DNA of 64,000 bases from an uncultured delta proteobacterium (lineage in GTDB: Bacteria > Desulfobacterota > Desulfuromonadia > Desulfuromonadales > BM103): the NCBI GenBank assembly GCA_963715335.1, contig CAVQRZ010000001.1:288001-352000 (forward strand), read 5' to 3'. The position numbers and the translations under genes are program-made. The stretch's first letter is position 1. Each line of letters begins with the position of its first letter. Under the pieces are notes generated by a model. That model ran no database searches, had not been told where the DNA came from, and saw only the letters and a list, made by a program, of their open reading frames with translations. Positions 1 through 8,619 of the stretch are shown in pieces.

Positions 1-682
1 AGTAATAACCCTCATAATAATCACCATCCGACTGTTGCGCAATGATTCGCCAGAGCAGGGTATTCAAAGGACCGGCGCTGACCAAGAGTTTGTCGTAGGT
101 GACCGCCTGCCGTGTGAGTGAGTCTTCTACTGCCGAGGTTACGTAGGCTTGCGCAGCGACACTCCAGATTAGATAGAAAGTGGTCAGGCTTAAGGTTCCT
201 CGATTGACCCGGTAGCCGAGGTCGCTGGTCCGGCTCATGACCAGCGCCGCGATGACGCCGCACAATAGTGGAACAGTGTACAGGGGATCGATGATGAAGA
301 TCGACCCCCAGCCGACCGGATAATCCGACAGCGGCCAGAAGATTTGAGTGCCGTAAACGGTAAAACAATCGAGCAGAATGTGGGTCATGAAACAAAACCA
401 GACCAACGCAACCCAGCTCTTTTTGTAGCGGGCGAGTTTCGGATGCAGCTTGAGGATCAGCCAGACAATCAGCGGGGTCAACAGGCTGAGGACAAAAATC
501 GAATGGCTGAAGCTACGGTGGTAGATGAAGTCTTTGACTGGGTCGCCAAGGGGCAAAAAAACGTCCAGATCAGGCAGGGTCCCACACGCGGCACCCCAAA
601 GCATCGCTTTGCGGCCGACCTTGCGCCCCATAACAGCCTCGCCGACCGCCGCGCCAAGTGTGAGTTGAGTCAAGGAATCCAT
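1..682 (-). CDS. Metal-dependent hydrolase, YdjM/YbcI-like inner membrane family (partial, runs off the left edge)
   Basis: Not in the ORF track. Manual translation from ATG at 682 gives MDSLTQLTLGAAVGEAVMGRKVGRKAMLWGAACGTLPDLDV...HRSFSHS...HILLDCFTVYG, with the PDLD/HRxxxHS/HxxLD motifs of this family. Confidence 0.85.
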   Translation of the reverse strand, partial: MDSLTQLTLGAAVGEAVMGRKVGRKAMLWGAACGTLPDLDVFLPLGDPVKDFIYHRSFSHSIFVLSLLTPLIVWLILKLHPKLARYKKSWVALVWFCFMTHILLDCFTVYGTQIFWPLSDYPVGWGSIFIIDPLYTVPLLCGVIAALVMSRTSDLGYRVNRGTLSLTTFYLIWSVAAQAYVTSAVEDSLTRQAVTYDKLLVSAGPLNTLLWRIIAQQSDGDYYEGYY

Positions 683-748
683 GATTTCAACCTACTCCCG
701 CCAAACAGAAGAATGTAACCGACCCCAAGACTAGAGGAGCACCACAAT

Positions 749-1048
749 TCATGAAATTTCAACCAGGGTTGCTCCATAAACTTGAAATTCTCCCGATCTC
801 GTCTTCTCCAAATGGGCCGTCGAGCATCCTTTGTCCTGCCCTTGTTGCAGGTAAAATGGCCCCGGGTCATCCATAAATTCGAAAACGGCGCTGCGGCACT
901 CAGAACCCCTTTGTTCGGATGTTACCGTCATTACCCGAGTGCGCGGCAGCGCCGTGATTGTTGATCTGACATGTAACAACCTTTGCGCATCAGCGGTTTC
1001 CGTTTCATCAAGGCCGCACCTGCGGGAAAAACAGGCCGCTGGACTCAT
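749..1048 (-). CDS. Hypothetical protein, possibly coupled to the MerR regulator (may be a remnant)
   Basis: ATGA overlap with the upstream stop and a GGAGG RBS; no recognisable motif. Confidence 0.3.
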   Translation of the reverse strand: MSPAACFSRRCGLDETETADAQRLLHVRSTITALPRTRVMTVTSEQRGSECRSAVFEFMDDPGPFYLQQGQDKGCSTAHLEKTRSGEFQVYGATLVEIS

Positions 1049-1929
1049 CGTACTTCCTCCCTACTTTGCTGTTTAATGAAATGCTGGCGGATCAGCGGTG
1101 GAATCTGCTCCAGATTATTGCAGATCAGCAGGTCTGGCAGACTGCTCATCTGCTGCACCGCGTGTCCCCCGGCGATGATTTTGATTCTTGGATCTAGGCT
1201 CTTGCGCAAAGTTCTCAGGTCTTGCTTGGCCTGGCGGCTGGCATAATGACTACTGAATGACAGGGCCACCCCGGTCACGCCGAGGTCAGTGGCCAACTGA
1301 GGGATTTCTGACAATGGCAGATCTTCCCTGAGCCAGAGGACCTGAAGTCCGGCCCGTTGAAAAATAACCGCCGACAGCAACAGGCCGATTTTGTGGCGCT
1401 CACCGCTCAAGGTCAAAAATACAATTTGCGGCCGATTCTCCGTGGCTGTTTTGTCGAGTTCGAGTTTGAGAAGATTCTCCAGCTGATCGGTGATCAGATG
1501 TTCCCGGGCGATACTTAGTCGCCCGGTGGTCCAGCCATGATCGAGCAGCTGCAGCAACGGCATTACGCATTGCTTGATGAAGCCGCTCAGGCCAAGGCTG
1601 CTGCGTTGAACAGCCAGTTCGGCGGCTATCTGCTGAGAACTCATCTCTTCAATTAGATTCTTCAAGCGTTGATCGTCGGGGAGCTTTTGAGAGGTCAACG
1701 TCTCTAGAAGCTCGCGGCGATCCTTTGGACAGAGAGCAAATATTTTTCCCGGACGCTGCCCCAAATCCTGAAGTTTTTTCACGACGCGCAGCTCTTCTGC
1801 CTGATTGCGGCTATAATTACGGTGTCCATGGGCATCGCGGCCAGGAACCGGGGAACCATATCGACGTTCCCAGATGCGCAATGTGTCGAGGCCGACACCG
1901 ATTTCGTGACTGAGCTGCTGAATTTTCAT
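1045..1929 (-). CDS. CarH/LitR-like MerR-family regulator with cobalamin-binding domain
   Basis: N-terminal HTH with RIWERRYG; W-x9-EH motif (WTTGRLSIAREH); ExHxxG B12 motif (ERHKIG). ATG at 1929 preferred over the track's TTG at 1944. Confidence 0.9.
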   Translation of the reverse strand: MKIQQLSHEIGVGLDTLRIWERRYGSPVPGRDAHGHRNYSRNQAEELRVVKKLQDLGQRPGKIFALCPKDRRELLETLTSQKLPDDQRLKNLIEEMSSQQIAAELAVQRSSLGLSGFIKQCVMPLLQLLDHGWTTGRLSIAREHLITDQLENLLKLELDKTATENRPQIVFLTLSGERHKIGLLLSAVIFQRAGLQVLWLREDLPLSEIPQLATDLGVTGVALSFSSHYASRQAKQDLRTLRKSLDPRIKIIAGGHAVQQMSSLPDLLICNNLEQIPPLIRQHFIKQQSREEVR

Positions 1930-1946
1930 TTTTGTCCTAGACAAAA
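1930..1946. promoter_or_regulatory. Palindrome TTTTGTC-CTA-GACAAAA, candidate operator in the divergent promoter region
   Basis: Perfect 7-3-7 inverted repeat directly upstream of the regulator ATG, at the edge of an AT-rich intergenic region. Confidence 0.45.
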
Positions 1947-2059
1947 CAGTATTTATCTGAATAATATATATAAAAATAAAAATATCAAGTAAAAATTTAC
2001 CGATAAAAGGAGCCCGTGGTGGATAACAAGCTAGAGCATTTATTCTATAAGGAGACGCG

Positions 2060-2467
2060 ATGTTCAGTTATTATCTGAAACTTTACCTACTGACGATACC
2101 AGTCTTTTTCGCCATCGACCTGCTCTGGTTGGGAGTCGTAGCGAAGAACTTCTACCAGAACAGTCTGTCGCATCTGCTTAGCCCAATGGTTAACTGGCCG
2201 GCCGCACTGGTGTTCTACTTCATGTATATCGTCGGGATTATCCTGTTCGCCGTCAAGCCCGGACTGGATGCTGGGTCTCTGGCCAAAGCGGCGCTCTGGG
2301 GGGCGTTGTTCGGTTTTTTCACTTACGCAACCTACGACCTGACCAACTTGGCGACTTTACGGCAATGGCCAATCAAGGTCGTCGTCGTCGATATTGTCTG
2401 GGGTACGCTACTCTGTACACTGGTAGCAAGCGGCAGCTTCCTGATCGGCCGCTGGCTAGAGGCCTGA
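2060..2467 (+). CDS. DUF2177 family membrane protein
   Basis: IDLLWLG...YATYDLTNLATL...DIVWG pattern; AAGGAG RBS. Confidence 0.85.
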   Translation: MFSYYLKLYLLTIPVFFAIDLLWLGVVAKNFYQNSLSHLLSPMVNWPAALVFYFMYIVGIILFAVKPGLDAGSLAKAALWGALFGFFTYATYDLTNLATLRQWPIKVVVVDIVWGTLLCTLVASGSFLIGRWLEA

Positions 2468-2485
2468 TACGGCTTGAGGAAAGAG

Positions 2486-3268
2486 ATGAACCTGTTTTTA
2501 CTGACCGCACTCTTACTCCTTTGCTTTATGACGCTGGTGTTTTTGCTGGCGCTCAAGCTACGGGACAACAGCATTGTCGATATCGCCTACGGACTCGGCT
2601 TCGTGTTTATCGGTTGGAGTGGTTCGGTTGCTTACGGCAGCGGCGAGGCTCGGCAACTGTTGATGCTGGCCTTGATCAGTGCCTGGGGTCTGCGACTGGC
2701 TGGCCATATTGCGAAACGCAAGCAGAATGAAGAGGGTGAAGACCCACGCTACCGGCAATGGCGTGAGAGTTGGGGGCAAACCTTTATCTGGCGAAGTTTT
2801 TTGCAGATCTACCTGCTGCAGGGAACGGTAATCTACGTGGTCGCGTTGCCCCTGCTACTGGTGATTCACGATGCTGGAGGGCCGCTCGGCTGGCTCGACA
2901 TGCTTGGTGTGCTGATCTGGTTGTTCGGTTTTGCCTTCGAAGCGATCGGCGACTGGCAGCTGCTGCAGTTCAAACGTGTCACCGAGAACCGGGGGCGTAT
3001 CATGCGTGACGGGCTCTGGCGACTCACCCGCCACCCCAACTATTTCGGCGAGGCGATCCTCTGGTGGGGCATCTTCCTGATCGCGCTGGGCGCTCCTTTA
3101 GGCTGGCTGGCGATTATCAGCCCGCTGCTGATCAATTTTCTGCTGTTAAAAGTCTCTGGAATCCCAATGCTCGAGGAGAGGTACGCCGGCAATGAGGAGT
3201 TTGAACGTTACAAGCAACGCACGAATGCATTTTTCCCCTGGTTTCCGAAGCAACAGGTGGGACGATGA
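2486..3268 (+). CDS. DUF1295 family membrane protein (steroid 5-alpha-reductase-like)
   Basis: DNSIVDIAYG, WGLRL, EDPRY, GLWRLTRHPNYFGE and SGIPMLE motifs. Confidence 0.88.
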   Translation: MNLFLLTALLLLCFMTLVFLLALKLRDNSIVDIAYGLGFVFIGWSGSVAYGSGEARQLLMLALISAWGLRLAGHIAKRKQNEEGEDPRYRQWRESWGQTFIWRSFLQIYLLQGTVIYVVALPLLLVIHDAGGPLGWLDMLGVLIWLFGFAFEAIGDWQLLQFKRVTENRGRIMRDGLWRLTRHPNYFGEAILWWGIFLIALGAPLGWLAIISPLLINFLLLKVSGIPMLEERYAGNEEFERYKQRTNAFFPWFPKQQVGR

Positions 3269-4536
3269 ACGATAACAATTTAAAGATCGCAGTGGTCGGT
3301 GGCGGTGTTGCGGGAATTGTCAGCGCCTACCTGCTGCAGTTGAAGCACCGGGTAACACTGCTGGAGCGGAATGACTATCTCGGTGGCCACACCAACACCA
3401 TCGAAATCAAGGATGGCCCGGACAAGGGGTTGGCGGTCGATACCGGCTTTATTGTTTTGAACGATGTCACATATCCGCTGTTCCGGAAATTTCTCTCCCG
3501 GCTAGGGGTTCAAACTCGCAATTCTGAGATGTCGTTCGGCTTTCAGTGCAAGCAGACCGGCCTGGTCTACGCAGGCAACAATCTGAACGGCTTGTTCGCC
3601 CAGCGTCAAAACCTGGTCAGCCCGAGTTTCTTCCGCTTTTTGTTTGAGATCGGCCGTTTTAACAAGCAGGCGTGCAACGACCTAGATGCAGGAACGATCC
3701 CGCCAATCACTCTTGGTGAATACTTGGAGCGTGGCCGTTTCTCCAGCTTCATGGTAGACAACTACCTGCTGCCGATGGCAGCGGCGATCTGGTCGACTCC
3801 GACGTTCCGGGCGGCTGGTTTTCCCGCAGAGGCTTTTCTGCACTTCTTCAAAAACCACGGGCTGCTCTCCTTCCGCAACCGGCCGCAATGGATGACGGTA
3901 GTCGGCGGCAGCTACAGTTACGTAAAAGCGTTCCAGAAGCTTTTTAACGGTAAAATCAAGCTCAATGCCCATATCGATAAAGTCTTTCGTCAAGCTGGTG
4001 GTGTGCGGCTGCAATTTGCCGATGGCCACAGCGAAACGTTCGACCGAGTGGTCATCGCAACCCATGCGGATCAGGCGTTGCGACTGCTCGGCGACCCAAG
4101 TAATGAAGAACAGCGGCTACTGTCTCCATGGGAGTATCAAATCAACCACACAGTGCTGCACACTGACACTGCACTGTTGCCAGAGTTGCGCTCTGCATGG
4201 TCGGCCTGGAACTTTACCCGAGAATCATTCACCTCTGGCGCCCGTCCGGTCTATGTGAGTTATTACATGAACCTGTTACAGGGCTTCTCTGCAGACCGGC
4301 ACTACTGCGTAACCCTCAACCGGCAGCAGGACTTCCGGCCGGGTACGGTGATTGCCGAGTTCCCTTACCACCACCCGCAGTACAGTTTTGCCTCGTTGGG
4401 CACCCAGACGGAGCTGCCAAACCTCAATGGTGTAAACAATACCTGGTTCTGTGGCAGCTATTTCGGTTACGGCTTCCATGAAGACGCGGTCCGCTCGGCG
4501 GTCGCCGTCGGGAAAGATTTCGGAGCGGAGCTATGA
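3265..4536 (+). CDS. FAD-dependent oxidoreductase (amine oxidase-like; UfaD-like fatty acid desaturase candidate)
   Basis: GGGVAG Rossmann motif, GGHTNT, VDTGFIV, C-terminal GYGFHED; ATGA-coupled to both neighbours. Confidence 0.88.
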   Translation: MNDNNLKIAVVGGGVAGIVSAYLLQLKHRVTLLERNDYLGGHTNTIEIKDGPDKGLAVDTGFIVLNDVTYPLFRKFLSRLGVQTRNSEMSFGFQCKQTGLVYAGNNLNGLFAQRQNLVSPSFFRFLFEIGRFNKQACNDLDAGTIPPITLGEYLERGRFSSFMVDNYLLPMAAAIWSTPTFRAAGFPAEAFLHFFKNHGLLSFRNRPQWMTVVGGSYSYVKAFQKLFNGKIKLNAHIDKVFRQAGGVRLQFADGHSETFDRVVIATHADQALRLLGDPSNEEQRLLSPWEYQINHTVLHTDTALLPELRSAWSAWNFTRESFTSGARPVYVSYYMNLLQGFSADRHYCVTLNRQQDFRPGTVIAEFPYHHPQYSFASLGTQTELPNLNGVNNTWFCGSYFGYGFHEDAVRSAVAVGKDFGAEL

Positions 4537-6500
4537 ACTCATTGATCTACCAGGGGGAGGTCAGCCATGCCCGGCTGGCCCCGGTGAAGCACAGCTTCCG
4601 CTATCCTGTCTACTTCTATGCTTTCGATATTAATGAGCTGCCGGAGCTGGCGCGACAAAATCCGTTATTCGGCTACAATCAGCTGCGGCCAGTCGCGATC
4701 CACGACAAGGATTACCTGCAGGCGAACTCGTTGCCGCTGCAACAGAAGCTGGGACAAACCCTCACCGAAATGGGAATCAACGAACCTCTTGGAAAAGTAG
4801 TTCTGGTTACTTCGGCGCGCTATTTCAATTATGTTTTCAATCCGATCAGCTTCTTCTACTGCTACAACCCCGACCAGCAGCTCCGCTACGTGTTGGCCCA
4901 GGTCAACAATACTTTTGGCGAAATGCATCTTTACCTGCTCGACACAAACTCTGCGGAAAACCGCGAAGGACAGCTGCACTTCAGTGTCGCCAAACAATTT
5001 CACGTTTCACCATTTTTTTCTCGCAAAGGCCGCTACGAGTTTCTACTCACCGAACCGCAGCGGCAGCTCGACAACAAGATTCACTATCATCGAAATGAAC
5101 AACTGGCTCTGATCGCCCGGATCCACGGGCAGGCAGAACCGCTTACCGGGCGGACCATGTTGCGCACCCTGATCAGACACCCTCTGACCGCCAGCCTGAC
5201 CATGCCGCGCATCTTGTGGCAGGCGGCGAAGCTTTATTGGCAAAGGAGTCTTCCCGTGTTTACCAAGCCGGTCCCCAATCACCGCATGACTATCCGCCCG
5301 GTGCCGCCGACGCTGCTCGACCGGCTCGGCCGGATTATTACCCACAAGCACCTATTGCAGCTGCAACAAGGAGCTTTGCAAATGAAACTGCCGGATGGCG
5401 GTTTCCTGGAATACGGCGATCAAGGCTCTTCCCCACAGCGATTGCAGGTCCATGAAAACCGGTTCTTCCGAAGGGTTATGACAGGCGGAGAAATAGGTTT
5501 CGGTGAAGCATATACCGACGGAGACTGGACGACAGCAGACCTGCCGGGCCTGTTGAACATGCTGACCGCCAACGCTGAGCTGATCGACGACCGAAACCTG
5601 GTCACGTCTTTTCTTGTCCGCAGGCTCAATGTCCTGCGCCACCTGTTGCGAGCCAATACCATCAAAGGCAGTTCGCGTAATATCCGTGAGCACTACGACC
5701 TGAGCAACGAGTTCTTCGCCATCTTCCTCGACCCGGGCATGACCTACTCGGCGGCGCTGTTCCGGGGTGAGAACGAAAGCCTTGAGCAGGCACAGCGCAA
5801 CAAGCTGCAGGAGATCATAGAGAAAGCTCAACTCAGCAGCAACGACCACGTATTGGAAATCGGCTGCGGCTGGGGCAGCTTCGCCATCGAAGCGGTACGG
5901 CAAACAGGCTGCCGGGTCACGGGCATTACCCTTTCGCATGAGCAGCTGGCGTTGGCCCGAGAGCGGGTGGAGGCGGCCGGGTTGGCCGACCGGATCGAGC
6001 TTAAACTGTGCGACTATCGTCACGTTGACGGGCAGTACGACAAGATCGTCTCGATCGAGATGCTCGAAGCCGTCGGCCACGCCGGGCTCAAGACGTTTTT
6101 CCAGACCTGCGATCGGGCACTGCGCCCCGGCGGGCGCGCAGTGATTCAGGTCATCACGATCCCGGACCGCAAATACGACGCCTACCGCACCAGCTCCGAC
6201 TGGATCCGCAAGCATATCTTCCCCGGCGGTCACCTGCCGTCACTCGGTGCGATAGCCAAGGCGATGGCGGGCACCGAGCTGGCCATGACCAGGCTGGAGA
6301 ATTACGGCCTCGATTACGCCCGCACCCTTGACCTCTGGCGAAAGACTCTCCTGGCGCAGAGACAGAGAATTTTCGGACTCGGCTACGACGAAAGCTTCTT
6401 GCGCAGGTGGGAGTACTACTTCGCCTATTGCCAGGCCGGTTTTGCCAACCGCATCATCGATCTTGCTCATTTGGAGCTGGACAAGCCGGGGCGCGACTGA
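4533..6500 (+). CDS. Fusion of DUF1365 (UfaO-like) and a cyclopropane-fatty-acyl-phospholipid synthase-family SAM methyltransferase (UfaM-like)
   Basis: N-terminal HARxxPxxHSFRY, FNPISFFYC, VNNTFGE, KQFHVSPF; C-terminal HYDLSNEFF, LEIGCGWG, SIEMLEAVG, IFPGG, all in one 655-aa frame. Confidence 0.88.
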   Translation: MNSLIYQGEVSHARLAPVKHSFRYPVYFYAFDINELPELARQNPLFGYNQLRPVAIHDKDYLQANSLPLQQKLGQTLTEMGINEPLGKVVLVTSARYFNYVFNPISFFYCYNPDQQLRYVLAQVNNTFGEMHLYLLDTNSAENREGQLHFSVAKQFHVSPFFSRKGRYEFLLTEPQRQLDNKIHYHRNEQLALIARIHGQAEPLTGRTMLRTLIRHPLTASLTMPRILWQAAKLYWQRSLPVFTKPVPNHRMTIRPVPPTLLDRLGRIITHKHLLQLQQGALQMKLPDGGFLEYGDQGSSPQRLQVHENRFFRRVMTGGEIGFGEAYTDGDWTTADLPGLLNMLTANAELIDDRNLVTSFLVRRLNVLRHLLRANTIKGSSRNIREHYDLSNEFFAIFLDPGMTYSAALFRGENESLEQAQRNKLQEIIEKAQLSSNDHVLEIGCGWGSFAIEAVRQTGCRVTGITLSHEQLALARERVEAAGLADRIELKLCDYRHVDGQYDKIVSIEMLEAVGHAGLKTFFQTCDRALRPGGRAVIQVITIPDRKYDAYRTSSDWIRKHIFPGGHLPSLGAIAKAMAGTELAMTRLENYGLDYARTLDLWRKTLLAQRQRIFGLGYDESFLRRWEYYFAYCQAGFANRIIDLAHLELDKPGRD

Positions 6501-6511
6501 AAGGTACTTCG

Positions 6512-7063
6512 ATGTTATCGGCATCGCTGAGCAAGATCATCAATATCGTGCTTTACCAGCTTGGCTGGTTTAGCTGCGTGCTCGGAGCGGCTTACGGTTT
6601 TCCGCTCAGTGGCGCGTTTGGCGCCCTAAGTCTCGTGGCGCTTCACCTGCTGCTGACAGACGCCAGAAAAGCGGACATGCAACTGGCCTTTTGCGCCGGC
6701 CTGATCGGTATCCTGGTGGACAGCCTGCAGCAGGCCGCGGGTCTCTTTACATTTAATGCCGATCCCCGCTGGCCACTGTGGCTGCCGCTATGGGTTTTTG
6801 TTATCTGGGTTCAGTTCGCCACCCTGTTCCGTTTTTCCCTGCACTGGCTTTCCGGGCACTACCTGCTCGGTGCCTTTTTGGGCGCCGTCGGTGGGCCGCT
6901 TGCCTACTGGGGAGGGGTTCGCCTGGGTGCTGCCAGCTTTGGTGACAGCCCGTTGTTTACCCTGCTGGTCCTTGCGGTTGTTTGGGCAGGAGTGACCCCC
7001 CTGCTTCTCTGGAGTCGACAAAAACTGGCGAGCGCCGAAGGGTGTTATCGGCGCTTTTTCTGA
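6512..7063 (+). CDS. DUF2878 family membrane protein
   Basis: NxxLYQLGWF, PLWLPLW and GGPLAYWGG motifs; start reassigned to ATG 6512. Confidence 0.8.
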   Translation: MLSASLSKIINIVLYQLGWFSCVLGAAYGFPLSGAFGALSLVALHLLLTDARKADMQLAFCAGLIGILVDSLQQAAGLFTFNADPRWPLWLPLWVFVIWVQFATLFRFSLHWLSGHYLLGAFLGAVGGPLAYWGGVRLGAASFGDSPLFTLLVLAVVWAGVTPLLLWSRQKLASAEGCYRRFF

Positions 7064-7074
7064 GAGGTTCAGTC

Positions 7075-7635
7075 ATGCGGAGATGTTTTGTTTTCTTGAT
7101 CGTGCTGCTCTGGGCGGCCCCTGCTTCGACATCGGTCGATATCGAAGGTGTGAGTTTCGAACCGCGTCGTCAAGTCATGGATACAGAATTACAGCTGACC
7201 GGCACCGCTCTGTTAACCTGGGCCCTGTTCTTTGATGTCTATGTGGGTGGTTTTTATTTGCCGGACGGACAGGCCGCATCAAGCTGGACGGATGATGTTC
7301 CTAAACTTCTTGAAATAGCTTATCTGCGGAATTTTAAGGCCGAGGATTTCGCCAGCTCGTCGGATCAGCTTTTGCGCGAGAATTTGCCGCCCGAGAAGTA
7401 CTCGGCTCTGGTCGGGCGGTTGAACGACTTTTACCAGCTATTCCGCTATATCAAGAAAGGAGACCGCTACAGCCTGGTCTATCACCCGGCCATCGGCACC
7501 GAGCTGCGACTCAACGGTGAACCGCTCGGCAGTGTCCCTGGCCACGACTTTGCTGTCGCCTATTTCGGCCTCTGGCTCGGGCCAAATCCGATCGACGAAG
7601 CATTTCGTGACCGTCTGTTGCGTGAGGGCAGCTAA
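7075..7635 (+). CDS. Chalcone isomerase-like (fatty-acid-binding fold) exported protein
   Basis: Signal peptide; LQLTG, FDVYVGGFY and LWLG motifs; GAGG RBS before ATG 7075. Confidence 0.8.
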   Translation: MRRCFVFLIVLLWAAPASTSVDIEGVSFEPRRQVMDTELQLTGTALLTWALFFDVYVGGFYLPDGQAASSWTDDVPKLLEIAYLRNFKAEDFASSSDQLLRENLPPEKYSALVGRLNDFYQLFRYIKKGDRYSLVYHPAIGTELRLNGEPLGSVPGHDFAVAYFGLWLGPNPIDEAFRDRLLREGS

Positions 7636-7701
7636 TTTATTAGGCAAGGTTGCCTATTGTTGAATTTTTAACATGACTCTGAATCCAACGAACTCTATTT
7701 T

Positions 7702-8049
7702 TTAACACTCGCTTCCAGTTAAGTTTTTTTTAGGTTGATCCAGAGAAAAGAGCGGCTCGCTCAGGTGGGTGCTGCGGCAGACAGGGCAGCGTCCCGGCCG
7801 GGTGAGGCGTTCACGCTTGCGAAAGACAAATTCACAATCGAAGCAGGTCGCCGGTGTCAAAACCAGTCTCTGGCCACGGGTTTTCAGGGTTTTCTGCAGG
7901 AACTGCAAATGATCGAAGACTTCACGTTCGGAGAGACTGACCAGTTGTGAGAGCGATCTGGCAGACAGCGGCTCTGCGGAGAGGGCGTGTAACAGCCTTT
8001 CGCGGGGTGTCTGCCCATGCTCAGGCGGCGGGACTATCTCTTTCATCAT
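7702..8049 (-). CDS. HTH plus zinc-ribbon predicted transcriptional regulator (COG3357-like)
   Basis: HTH region LSARSLSQLVSLSEREVFDHL; two Cys pairs CFDC and CPVC; start uncertain. Confidence 0.75.
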   Translation of the reverse strand: MMKEIVPPPEHGQTPRERLLHALSAEPLSARSLSQLVSLSEREVFDHLQFLQKTLKTRGQRLVLTPATCFDCEFVFRKRERLTRPGRCPVCRSTHLSEPLFSLDQPKKNLTGSEC

Positions 8050-8068
8050 CTGGTAGCAGCCAACCGGA

Positions 8069-8512
8069 TCAGGCGTCACCCTTGATGTACTTTTTGAGCT
8101 GCTTGATGACAAAATCCTTTTCTTCCAGGGAAGCCTTGACCAGGTCGCCGATCGACACCAGGCCGACCAGTCGGTCTTTTTCCATGACCGGCAAATGTCG
8201 ACAGCGGTTTTCCGTCATGATCGCCATGGCCTCATCAACCGTCACTTCCGGGGTGACATAACAGATATCCTCCGACATGACCTGATGAACGAAGGCCCGG
8301 TGGGAACACCGGCCACTGAGATCAACTTTACGCACATGATCCCGCTCGGTAAAAACCCCGATCACCTGGCCCTGGTCCTTGTCCAGAACGACCAGGGCGC
8401 CGATGCCGGCGTCGGCCATCACCTTCAGGGCATCGTAAATCTTTGCGTCCGGGGCGATGCTGTAGACCTCCCGCCCTTTCAGTTTCAATATCTGTGCTAT
8501 CGATTTCGTCAT
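8069..8512 (-). CDS. CBS domain-containing protein
   Basis: Tandem CBS motifs GVFTERD and RHLPV...GLVSIGDLVK. Confidence 0.9.
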   Translation of the reverse strand: MTKSIAQILKLKGREVYSIAPDAKIYDALKVMADAGIGALVVLDKDQGQVIGVFTERDHVRKVDLSGRCSHRAFVHQVMSEDICYVTPEVTVDEAMAIMTENRCRHLPVMEKDRLVGLVSIGDLVKASLEEKDFVIKQLKKYIKGDA

Positions 8513-8619
8513 ACCGACTCCCTGTCGACCGATTGAATTGATTGGAGAAGTTTAGCAAAAAACCGGATAAGTTAAAGTTAAAACGTCATGAATTATCCGG
8601 AGCTCGAGGAATCCGCCTT

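Noticed and set aside
344..718. 124-aa plus-strand ORF
   Set aside because: Antisense shadow of the minus-strand YdjM-type hydrolase.
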